DNA of 64,000 nt. Source: Mobula hypostoma (lineage: Eukaryota). A program made the position numbers and the translations under genes. Under the pieces are notes generated by a model. It ran no database searches and had not been told where the DNA came from. It saw only the letters and a program-made list of their open reading frames with translations. The stretch spans positions 173,912,001-173,976,000 of the forward strand of contig NC_086097.1 in the NCBI RefSeq assembly GCF_963921235.1. Direction: 5' to 3'. This document shows, in pieces, positions 53,126 through 64,000 of the stretch; within the stretch, counting starts at the first letter, position 1, and the number at the start of each line of letters is the position of its first letter.

Positions 53126-54832
53126 TAAGAACATAAGAAATAGGAGCAGGAGTAGGCCATCCAACCCATCGAGCCTGCCCCGCCATTCAATAAGATCATG
53201 GCTGATCTGTCCGTAAACTCAGCTCCATCTACCTGCCTTTCCCCATAACCCTTAATTCCCCTACTTATGTAAAAATCTATCTAACTGTGTCTTAAATATA
53301 TTTAGTGAAAAAGCCTCAGCTAATTCCCTGGGCAGAGAATTCCACAGATTCACCACTCTCTAAGAAAAACAGTTTCTCCTCATCTCTGTCCTAAATCTTC
53401 TCCCCTGAATCTTGAGGCATTGTCCCCTAGTTCTAGTCTCACCTACCAATGGAAGCAACTTTCCTACTTCTATCTTATCTATCCCTTTCAAAATGTTGTA
53501 AGTTTCTATAAGATCCCCTCATTCTTCTGAATTCCAGAGAGTATAGTTGCAGGCGACTCAATCGCTCCTCATAAGTTAACCCCTTCATCTCTGGAATCAA
53601 CCTAGTGAATCTCCTCTGCACTGCCTCCAAAGCCAGTATATCCTTTCTCAAGTATAGAGACCAGAACTACACACAGTACTCCAGGTGCGGTCTCAACAGT
53701 ACCCTGTATAGTTGCAGCATGACCCCCCCCCCGACTCTTGAATTCAATCCCTCAAGCAATGAAGGCCAATATTCCATTTTCCTTCTTAATAACCTGTTGC
53801 ACCTGCAAGCCAACTTTTTGCAATTCATGAACAAGTACTCCCAAGTCCCTCTGCACAACAGCATGCTGCAATCTTTCAACATTTAAATAATAATCTGCTC
53901 TTCTATTATTCCTTCCAAAGTGGATGATCTCGCATTTACCAACATTGTATCTCGTCTGCCAGACCTTGGCCCACTCACTTAGCCTATCTATATCCCTCTA
54001 CAGACTCGCCACATCATCTGTACAATTTGCTTTTCCACTCAGTTTAGTGTCATCAGCAAATTTTGCTACCCTACACTCCGTCCCCTCTTCTAAATCATCA
54101 ATGTAAATGGTAAACAACTGCAGGCCCAGCACTGAGCCCCGCAGCATCCCACTCACCACTGACTGCCAAATGGAGAAACACCCATTTATACCAATTATCT
54201 GCCTTCTATGGTTAACCAATCCACTATCCATGACAATACGCTTCCTCTGACTCCATGCATCCGTATCTTACTTAAAAGTCTCTTGTGCGGCACCTTATCG
54301 AACACCTTCTGGAAATCCAAGTATAAGACATTCACCTGTTCCCCTCTATCCACTGCACTCATTATGTCATCAAAGAACTCCAATAAGTTTGTCAAACAGG
54401 ACCTGCCCTTTCTGAATCTGTGCTGCATCTGTCTAATGGAACCATTCCTTTCTAAATGTTTCATTATTTCTTCCTTAATGACAACTTCAAGCATTTTCCC
54501 GACTACAGATGTTAAGCTAACTGGCCTATAGTTGCCCGTCTTTTGCCTATATCCTTTTTTAAAAAGTGGCATGACATTTGCCGTCTTCCAATCCGCCGGG
54601 ACTTGCCCAGAGTCGAGAGAATTTTGGTAAATGATTACCAACGCGTCTACTATAACCTCCACCAATTCCCTCAGCACCCTGGGATGCATCCCATCAGGAC
54701 CAGGGGACCTATCTATCTTCAGACCCTCTAGTTTGCTCATCACTATTTCAACACAAAATAGTCGTTCAATGCCTCAGCCATTTTCTTATCACCCAATATC
54801 AATTTCCCCTTCTCGTCTTCCAAGGAACCTAC
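53126..54832 (-). mobile_element. 5'-truncated CR1 inserted antisense into ORF1 of the previous CR1
   Basis: SPGPDGMHPRVL, GNYRPVSLTSVVGKMLE, KFADDTKL; tail (cataagaa)n at 53124. Host ORF1 reads YREVV|TPKLQE across the insertion. Confidence 0.92.
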
Positions 54833-55040
54833 GTCACCCCTAAGTTGCAGGAGGTGAGGAGCTGGGTGATTGTCAGGAGAAATATAAATGTGAATAGGCA
54901 GTTAGCGCAGAGCACCCCGTGACCATTCCTCTCATTAATAAGTATACCATTCTGGATACTGTTCTGGGGGATGACCTACCAGGGGAATGCTATGGAGACC
55001 AAGTTACTGGCACTGAGCATAGGTCTGTGGTGCAGGATGG

Positions 55041-55240
55041 GGAAGAGGGGGGAAGAGGGGGGAAGAGGGGGGAAGAGGGGGGAAGAGGGGGGAAGAGGGG
55101 GGAAGAGGGAGGAAGAGGGAGGAAGAGGGAGGAAGAGGGAGGAAGAGGGAGGAAGAGGGAGGAAGAGGGAGGAAGAGGGAGGAAGAGGGAGGAAGAGGGA
55201 GGAAGAGGGAGGAAGAGGGAGGAAGAGGGAGGAAGAGGGG
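55041..55240. repeat. 10-bp all-purine minisatellite, 20 units
   Basis: (GGAAGAGGGG)6 (GGAAGAGGGA)13 (GGAAGAGGGG)1. Confidence 0.97.
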
Positions 55241-58200
55241 GAATCAATACTCAGGAAGTTCTGTGGATGTGAACGGGATGCCCTAATGGTATGCTGCCTC
55301 CCTGCTGCCAGGGTCAGGGACATCTCAGATCGCATCCACAGTATTTTGGAGAGGGAGGGAGAGCAGCCAGATGTCTTCGTATATATATTTGTACCAATGC
55401 CATAGGAAGGAAAAGCAAAGAGATCCTGAAAAGAGAATTTACAGAGCTAGGTAGAAAGCAGAGAAGCAGGACATCCAGGGTAGTAATTTCTGGATTGCTG
55501 CCTGTGCCACATGCCAGTGAAGGTAGAAACAGGATGATTTGGCAGATTAATACATGGCTAAGAAGCTGGTGCAGGGGACAGGGCCTCAGGTTCGTGAATC
55601 ATTGGGATCTCTTCTGGGGGAGGTATGACCTATTCAAAAATGATGGGTTGCACCCTGACTCTAGAGGGACCAATATTCTCATAGGCAGGTTTGCTGGAGC
55701 TGATGGGGAGGGTTTAGAATAATTTGGCGGGGGGGGTGGGGGAGAGACCAAAGTGAAGGGCCTCAGGATAAGACAGATGGTAAAAAGGCAAAGATAGCAT
55801 GCAGTCAGATTGTGAGGAAAGGGAGGCAAATGATAGGATGAAAATACAGCCAGCAGCGTGAGTAAAAGTGCATTAGGGATGCAGAATGAAAAGGATAGCA
55901 AATACAGTACTCAAAGTGATATATCTCAATGCACAAAGTACAAGAAATAAGTCGGATGATCTTGTTGCACTATTACAGATTGTCAGGTATAATGTTGTGG
56001 CCATCACTGAATTGTGGCTGAAGGATGGTTGTAGTTGGGAGCTGAACATTCAAGATTACACATTGTATTGGAGGGACAGGAAGGTAGGCAGAGGCCATGG
56101 CGTGGCTCTGCTGGTAAAGATTGGTATCAAATCAGTGGAAGGATGTGACATAATATTAGAAGATGTTGAATCCCTGTGGGTTGAGTTAAGAAACTGCAAG
56201 GGTAAAAGGACCCTGATGGCAGGCCTCGCAGCAGTAGCTGGGATGTGGACACAGATCACAGTGGGAAATACAAAAAGGCATGTCAAAAGGGCAATGTTTT
56301 GATTGCCATGGGAGATTTCAACATGCATGTCAATTGGGAAAATCAGGTTGGTAATGGATCTCAAGAGAGAGTTTGTTGGATACCTGCAAGATGGATTTTT
56401 AGAGCACTTTGTTGTTGAGCCTACTAGGGGATCAGCTGTATTAGATTGGGAGGTATATAAGGAACAATTATGTTCTCCAGTAATGAACAATTACTGAAGG
56501 CAATTAGGGAGCTTAAGGTAAAAGAACCCTTAGGAGGCAATGATCACAATATGATTGAGTTTAACTTCAAATTTGATAGGGAGAAGATAAAGTCTGACGT
56601 AGCAGTATTTAAGTGGAGTAAAGAAAATTACAGTGGTATAAGAGATGAGTTGGCCGGAGTAAATCGGAAGCAGACACTGGCAGAGATGACAGCAGAACAG
56701 CAATAGTGTGAATTTCTGGGAAAAATGAGGAAGATGTATTCCAAAAGCAAAGAAACACTCAAATGGCAAAATAGTACAACCATGGCTGAAAAGGGAAGTC
56801 AAAGCTGATATACGAGTAAAAGAGAGAACATAAAACAAAGCAAAAATTAGTGGGAAGACAGAAGATTGGGAAGCTTTTAAAAACCTACAGAAAGTAACTA
56901 AGAGTCATCAAGAAGGAAAAGATGAAATATGAAAGCGAGCTAGCAAACAATATTAAAGTGGATAGTAAAAGGTTTTTCAAGCATGTAAAAAAATAAAAGA
57001 GGGATGAGAGTGGACATAGGACCGCTAGAAAATGAAGCCATTGAAATACAAAAGGGGAACAAGGAGATGACAGATGAACTAAATGAGTATTTTGCTTCAG
57101 TCTTCACTGTGAAAGACACTAGCAATGTGCCGAATATTGAAGGGGGTGAGGGAAGAGAAGTGAGTGCAGTTACTATTACAAGGGAGAAGGTGCTCAAAAA
57201 GCTGAAAGACCTAAGGGTACACAAGTCACCTGAGCCAGATGAACTGTACTCTAGGGTTCTAAAAGAGGTAAAAGTTAAGATTGTGGAGACTTTAGAAATG
57301 ATCTTTCAAAAATCATTGGACTCTGGTATGGTTCCAGAGGACTGGAAAATTGCAAATGTGACTTCACTCTTTAAGAAAGGAAGAAGGGAACAGAAAGGAA
57401 ATTATAGACCAGTTAGCCTGACCTCATTGATTGGGAAGATGTTGCAACCAATTGTCAAGGATGAGAGTATGGAGTACTTCGTGACATAGGACAAGATAGA
57501 ACAAAGTCAGCTTGGTTTCCTTAAGGGAAAATCTTGCCCAATGAACATGTTGCAATTCATTGGGGAAATTACACATAGGATAGATAAAGGGGATGCAGTA
57601 GATGTTGTATAATGAGGCTGCTTACCAAGTTAAGAACCCATGGTATTACAAGAAAGTCACTGGCATGGTTAGAGCACTGGCTGATTTGTAAGGGGCGGTG
57701 AGTGGGAATAAAAAGATCTTTTTCTGGTTTGCTGCCAGAGACCAGTGGAGTTCCATAAGGTCGGTTTTGGGACCACTTCATTTTATGCTGTATATCAATG
57801 ATTTAGATGATGGAATAGTTGGCTTTGTTGCCAAGTTTGCAGATGATATGAAGATTGGTGGAAGGGTAGATAGTGTTGAGGAAACAAGTAGGCAGCAGAA
57901 GAACTTAGATTGAGAACGGGCAAGAAAGTGGCATATGAAATACAATGTGGAAAATGCATGGTAATGCACTTTGGTAGTAGAAATAACTGCGCAGACTATT
58001 TTCTAAATGGGGAGAAAATCCAAATGGGGAAATGCAAAGGGACTTGGGATCCCTTGTACAGAACAACCTAAAGGTTAACGTAGGTTGAGTCATTGGTGAG
58101 GAAGGCAAATGCAATGTTTGCATTCATTTCAAAAGGTCTAGAATACAAGAACACAGATGCGATGCTGAGGCTTTATAAGGCACTGGTGAAGCCAGTGCCT

Positions 58201-58865
58201 TGAGTACTGTGAACAGTTTTGGGCTCCTCATCTAAAAGATGTGCTGGCATTGGAGAGGGCTCAGAGGAGGTTCATAAGGATGATTCCAGGAATGAAAAGG
58301 TTATCATATGAGGAACATTTGATAGTTTTCAGTCTGTACTCGCTGGTGTTTAGAAGGATGAGGGGGATCTCTTTGAAACTTTTTGCATGTTGAAAGGCCG
58401 TGATACAATAGGTGTGGAAAATATGTTTCCCATGGTGGGTGAGTCTTGGACAAGAGGGCACAGCCTCAGGATAGAGGGGCATCCATTTAAAACAGAGATG
58501 CACAGAAATTTCTTTAGCCAGCGGGTGGTGAACTTGCGGAATTTATTACTGCAGGCAGTTGTAGAGGCCAGGTCGTTGGGTGTACTTAAGGCAGAGCTTG
58601 ATAGCTTCTTGATTAGACACAGCATCAAAGGTTACGGGGAGAAGGCTGAGGAGGGGGAAAAAAGGATCAGCCATGATTGAATGGCGGAGCAGACTCAATG
58701 GGCCAAATTGCCTAATTCTGCTCCTATGTCTTATGGTCTTATGTTCAATCTGAAATCTATTGTGCTTATTAACTTAGATAATTTCTAAAACTTGTTAACT
58801 TTAAACTTATTTACTTCAAACAGCAGTGATTATCATTCAAATTAAAATTGAAACCAAGTCTGTAC

Positions 58866-59012
58866 CTGTTCCAGTACATCAAGTTTCAATTCCAGTTTAC
58901 TCAGCACCACATCACCTCCCCATAATGACAGCTGAAGATCAGATGGTTTCAGATTCTTGATGTAACGATTCACATAACTCATCAAGATCGGAGTCACGTA
59001 AGACTCCAACAT
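58866..59012 (-). CDS. VPS13B: VPS13B first coding exon (exon 2), N-terminal chorein domain
   Basis: Hand translation from ATG at 59012 gives MLESYVTPILMSYVNRYIKNLKPSDLQLSLWGGDVVLSKLELKLDVLEQ (147 nt, 49 codons), the recognisable VPS13B N-terminus. Donor CAG|gtaca at 58865; polypyrimidine tract and acceptor cacag at 59031-59035, leaving 18 nt of 5'UTR in the exon. Too short for the ORF track. Confidence 0.97.
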
Positions 59013-59268
59013 TCTGGAAATCTTCTAATGCTGTGAATACAAAAAGAAATGTGAAGTATCCATTACTACATAAAAATATATCGCTATTTCCAATTTCATC
59101 TGAATTCATCCATTTGAAAATAATTTGACTTCCACTTGAATACTTGTCTAGTCTTTATTTTAGTACGCCATTGTTCAAGTGCTTTCAGTTGGCAAGAGGT
59201 CTAAATAATTGCTGAAAATTGCCCATTAAACATTGCTTCTGAAGTAACCCTACATTATTTTTCATGTA

Positions 59269-59947
59269 CAGGTTGAGTACCTCTTATCAGAGACTCCAAA
59301 ATAAGAAAGCCTCCAAAACCTGTTTTTGTTTTTAGCACAGACATGACGTCACAAATGGAAATTTGCACAAGGTTTCCAGGGGATGCACAGGTCTCTGTGT
59401 GCCACAGACAATTCTGAGAAGTGACCCACCAATGTCATGAACAGAAGATAAAGAAAAATAGAAAAACACTGCATAAAGCAAATAAACGAAGATCTCCATT
59501 GTGTATTGAAGGAGTGGATTTGTCAGCAGAGTGAACGTATGCTGTTTAACTGTACGTTGATCATGAAACAAGCAAAGATCTACCACGATGAACTGAAAAT
59601 TGATAGTAACTGGATATTCAGCAGGCTGGTTGCAGAAATTCAAGAAAAGGGACAGCAGTATTTTTTTTAAAGATTTGCAGTAATAAAGCATCTACTATTC
59701 TCAAAGCAGCAGAGAAATTCATTGATGAGTTTGCCAAGATCGTTGCTGATAAAAATCCAACAGTACATCAACTCACATGTGTGACGAACAAGTGTAAGAC
59801 AAACACTGCTTACCAGTAGCACATAAATTCAGAGTCAGAAATTGTGGTGATCACAAGCTAAGTCATTATATATTACAAAGTCCAAGAAAATCTAAAATCC
59901 AAAACACTTCCAGCTCCAAGCGTTTCAGATAAGGTGTACTTAACCTG
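59269..59947 (+). mobile_element. Internally deleted Tigger DNA transposon in VPS13B intron 1
   Basis: TA|caggttgagtacc...gtacttaacctg|TA; CENP-B-type HTH remnant RKTLHKA...LKEWI...KQAKIYHDEL...SAGWLQKFKKR. Confidence 0.88.
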
Positions 59948-60502
59948 TAGTTTACACATAACACTGTAGATTGACAATTGCTCTTGGTGTTTTATATAGA
60001 TGGATAGATATACTTTGAACAATTATTTATTAAAACAGGGCATTTTCTTGTGAGTCAAAAATCATTTCAAGGGTATGACTTCCAACTCAAAACTACTATT
60101 TGTGCAGCTGCTCAACTCATGGGTTATCATGTCTTTGACTTGGACTTTTAATCAGATAGTAAGTACCTTTCTGGTTAGGAAACCATGTTGAGCTGATGTA
60201 ATCAAGCCACGAGGTATTGCATATTATTACACTGTTATTCTACCATCGCCCTAGTAAGGCTTCACATTTAAACAAAAATGTAAATTAATTATCATTCACT
60301 GACAAATAGGGAACAATGGATTGTGAAATAGTGAAGTCAGTGCTTATCTTTGTCCTTGTGGACACAATGTACAATTCTGCAAAAGCTCCTATTCACTGAT
60401 GCATGAAAGCTGAATGGTAGGTATTTATGGAGTAATAAATGACAGAGATAGGTACTTTGGATTATTCAGTTCATGCCTATCAACAAGTACCCCTATACCA
60501 TC

Positions 60503-61169
60503 AGAACCTAACATTTGATATATGCTTGATCAATTTGAATTCAACTGTTGAACAACTTCTCAGACGAACATGCTAAGTTCAATTATAAGACTAGTAAGTC
60601 TTATCCATGGTAGTTGGCAAACATGACTGTGCTGCTAATGGACTAGGATGTGAACTCCCTGGCCCTGGGCCTGGTCCTGGTCCTGGTCCTGGAACAAATT
60701 GCCACAAAATGTTGTGCTCGCAATCAATAGTAATCATTAGTCTTTTTATGGAGATCAAATGAGATGAGCAAGTGTTTAACACCCCACCCCAACCCAGCCA
60801 GCTTGCCTGTCTGCAATCAAGATCTTATGTGAATAGTAACACTTCAGTAAATATACCATAGTGTGACAACTTGCTCTGATTTGATGTGACATAATGGAAC
60901 TTTTTAAGAAGACTTTAAACACAAATGTTCTGAGAAGGCAGTATATTTCAATTTAAGACTCTACCATCAATAAAAGAGCTAATCGAGAAATAGGTTTCTA
61001 TTGAAAAGTAATTTGACAAACGATAATAAAGCAAGCAGCCTGCTTTTAACAATGGTGGTGATGTTACTGGCATGTTTGAATTAGAGACATATTCGATCTT
61101 GTGCATAAGAACCTAACATTTGATATATGCTTGATCAATTTGAATTCAACTGTTGAACAACTTCTCAGA
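60503..61169 (+). repeat. 62-bp exact direct repeat (60503-60564 and 61108-61169)
   Basis: agaacctaacatttgatatatgcttgatcaatttgaattcaactgttgaacaacttctcaga occurs twice. Confidence 0.9.
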
Positions 61170-61859
61170 ACATGCCAGAGCCAGCCGATGTTTGCACGTT
61201 TAGATAGTTGAAATACCATGCAACTGTATTCTGCCCCTTGCTAATACAATATTCCCATGTCCTCGCTCAGTAAAGAAGAACAGCAGCTTCCTCGGAATGA
61301 TTCCTAAAACACTGTGAAAGTATAATCTGATAACAGCATTGGACATTGAGTGACATCGAGTCACGTGTATTTTCTTCCTCCGCTATTTGGTTCTTTATTA
61401 CTTTTAAATGGCCAAAATAAATCAAACTTTTATTTTAATTTGCTAACATAGTAGGTTTTCCAAGCGCAGTATTTGCAAAATAATTAGCAACAATAAAGAT
61501 TCAAGCCATAAAGCAACAGGTAGATGCTTCCGGAAAGGAAATGTAAGGAGGTCCTAGTTTTTCTTACAGAACCAGACATGAACCGAGGAAGTTGAAATCA
61601 GCATTTAAAGATCATATTGTATTTTGATACTGGAAGAAAGCCACTTAACTGCGGCCGAGACTGACTGCAAAACGAATGCATCGGTCTCGCAATCCTATGC
61701 ATCTGTCATAAACAATCTACATGTCTAAATATAATAAAGTCAGGTCCCACAATATGTGCTGATACGAGGGATCAATTTAACCAGTTGTTAAGTTGCTTCA
61801 GATATATTGTAAATTAACAAAAAAAAGTACTACAGAGGTATGCGTCATCCCTTAACCGG

Positions 61860-62520
61860 TCACTGGGTCAAACCAGGTCTCCCTGGGGTTAAGGAGCAGA
61901 GTGAACAAGGCCTCAGAAAACTCCTCAAGAGACGCACCTCTGCCTGAGATCACAGGAGCGCGGCTTGTCATCGGGAACCGCCAGGCCACCAACGGCCAGC
62001 CAAAGTTAGGGCCTAGTTCCGATCACACGTTGAAATGCCGCTTCCTCCAACATCCTCCTCCTGCTGTCACTAACGCTTCCCCACAGGAGGACCAACGCCA
62101 GTCTCTTCCAATATCCCGAAGCGCAACGCTCCCGCGCGGCTGCGCCTGCGCAATCTTTCAATTTCGGCCAGAGAAAGAGGCAGGTGGCCACTGCGTTCAA
62201 CGCGATGCCAAAACGAAGCGCGTCATTTCCGACGGCCCGTTACCTCCCCCCACCCTACCCGTAAGAGGCGGGACGATTATGGTGGTGTTGTACGTGTATT
62301 GTGTTCAGGGAATACATATATGGTGGGAATCGGGACGATTGTCGAGCGTGAACAATCCTTTACACAAACGTTATAGCAATGGCCAACGATGCTGCTAGTT
62401 CTCCTGTCTCCTCAGTATCCGGGAACTGGAGCTCGAGACCCCTACCGCCCGGGGCTCTGACCGATACCCTCTGACAGGATCTTCCATTGAACCGGGGCTG
62501 AGGTAACACCCCTTTCATCC
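61860..62520. promoter_or_regulatory. CpG-rich island, probable VPS13B promoter
   Basis: The largest strongly CpG/GC-rich non-repeat stretch, about 3 kb upstream of the first coding exon. Contains NRF1-like TGCGCCTGCGCA (62141-62152) and ETS/CRE-like CGGAAATGACGC on the minus strand (~62219-62231). Confidence 0.75.
61938..62110 (-). other. VPS13B: Putative non-coding exon 1 of VPS13B (5' boundary uncertain)
   Basis: Donor-like GAG|gtgcgt at 61937 on the minus strand inside the CpG island. Exon 2 has an acceptor upstream of the ATG, so an upstream exon is required. Confidence 0.5.
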
Positions 62521-63624
62521 ATTCCCCGGTTCCCGTTGAAGTCTTGTTTCTCTCTCCAAAGAGGCTGATTAACAGCAATTTCTAGTTTTATTTCAGCTTT
62601 CCACCATCTATTGAATTTTGTTTTTGGGTGCTATGCAACTGGGTTTTTAACCACAGGAATGTCGCTCTCATGCATTCATTTGAAAGGGTAAAGGGATCTT
62701 TTTCAAACACACAACTCAGTTTGAATTTTACATGCAATCTTTGCTGGTAAGAGTTGCTCGTTTTACAACCAAGAAACTGCAAGAGTTTAAAACAATGTCC
62801 TCTTCGTCGCAAAGTTCAATCCTACAATTACGTTAATACTTTTTGTACAAGCTTACATTTTTAACATAGTTTGAAGAACTTTGAAATAAAAGTTGCATTT
62901 CATTGCAAAGCTGAATACATGTGTATTGAACTGGGTTGATCAGACCCAAAAAAAAACAAATAATTTGAGTGTCCAGGAGATGTGGTAAGAAGTGTACACA
63001 ACAGAGTAACTTAAGCCTAATTATCATAAAATAGAAAACACAAATAATCCACATAAAATACTACGTAGTATTGTCACAAAGATTTCAGGGTTCTTGGTCG
63101 CTCCTCGATTGTCGCTTCTGTCAGGGGACTTGATTAGTGCTGTTGTTGGGGGAACTCCGAATTGTGACTCGTGAAATCACCGTGTCCGTCCTCGGCATCG
63201 ATCGCAATCTCTCGGTCTGGGTGAAGTCCCAAGAACTGAGCGAAAGGTGCCTCAATAAATAGGTGTTCAATACATAAGCATAGCGAGACAGAGACAGGTA
63301 AATTATTTCACCTTTTGTTCTCATGCCCCTAACTCAGCATGGTTTCTTTCATTCAAACAACTTGTGTTAGGCAGACATCCTGATGCCACTGTGCCAGGGA
63401 AGACTCCAGCTGCTATCAATAAACATTAGATATTAACAATCCTGCAGTGTTAATGCTTGTACAGACACAGTGACACCTTACATTTTGCGAGCTAACAAAG
63501 TGTCACTTGGAGCTCTTCAGATTTTCATCCAATATTTGACAAAATTTAATACATCAGAACAACTTGTATTAATGTTCAACAGTTTTATTTGAAAAGTTTA
63601 TGTGAGAAACTATGTAAAGTTTTA

Positions 63625-64000
63625 ATAAGACCAGAAGATATAGGAGCAGAATTGGGCCATTTGGCCCATCCAGTATGCTCTACCATCCTATTGTGGTTGA
63701 TTTGTTATCCCTCCCAGCCCCATTTTCCTGCCTTCTCCCTGTAACCTTTGATGCCCTGATTAATCGAGAACCTATCAATCTCCACTTTAAATGTACTCAA
63801 TGACTTGGGCTGCAGAGCCATCTCTAGCAATGAATTCCACAGATTTGCCACCCTCTGGCTAATAAAATTTCTCCTCATCTTTGTTCTTAATGGATGTCTC
63901 TCTAGTCTAAGACTGTATCTTCTGGTCCTAGACTCGATCACAATAAGAATTGTCCTCTTGAGATCCACGCAATCTAGGTCTTTCAATATTCGATAGGTTT
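63625..64000 (-). mobile_element. CR1 LINE 3' end (runs off window)
   Basis: KMRRNFISQRVANLWNSL...FKVEIDRF and CR1 tail. Confidence 0.85.

Larger units (their letters stand above)
52830..58745 (+). mobile_element. Near full-length CR1 LINE (ORF1 zinc finger plus SGNH esterase; ORF2 APE-RT), decayed and interrupted
   Basis: ORF1 from 52927 (CQMLE...KCIQLQLL), MVCCLPAARVRDI, CTNAIG, VVISGLLPVP, DGLHP. ORF2 from ~55886 YLNAQSTRNK, MGDFN, GNYRPVSLTS, KFADD, RNFFSQRVV. Tail tcttatggtcttatg. Confidence 0.92.

Noticed and set aside
54919..55405. Several ORFs with EEEGGRGRKR or PPSSSLFLPL repeats
   Set aside because: Translations of the stop-free 10-bp minisatellite inside a dead CR1 ORF1.
60591..60782. 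ORF with PGPGPGPG
   Set aside because: Produced by a short (CCTGGY)n hexamer repeat at ~60658-60692; no other coding signal.
61901..62398. 165-aa plus-strand ORF in the CpG island
   Set aside because: GTG start, no recognisable domain; long ORFs arise by chance in GC-rich promoter DNA.

Overview
Eukaryotic, repeat-rich vertebrate DNA. The CR1, HE1/V-SINE-like, Penelope and Rex/Babar repeat mix suggests a cartilaginous fish (inference). The window holds the 5' end of VPS13B on the minus strand: a CpG-rich promoter and putative non-coding exon 1 (~61.9-62.3 kb), coding exon 2 (CDS 58866-59012) and coding exon 3 (48539-48682). The next coding exon was not recognised, so everything left of 48.5 kb is treated as intron. 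The introns hold decayed transposons: CR1, Rex/Babar and Nimb/I LINEs, Penelope-derived fold-back elements with minimal hammerhead ribozymes, Tigger, mariner and hAT elements, and a ~4.6 kb DNA transposon with a Sola-like DDE/D transposase. The most striking signal is two unrelated Gypsy LTR elements (20614-23261, + strand; ~50557-52580, - strand). Both keep LTRs, PBS, PPT and gag, but the pol core is replaced by a fragment resembling host coding sequence: the SH3KBP1/CIN85 C-terminus in one and RBM25 in the other. This points to recurrent LTR-mediated capture of cellular mRNAs. All homology calls are by eye from recalled protein sequences; no search was run.
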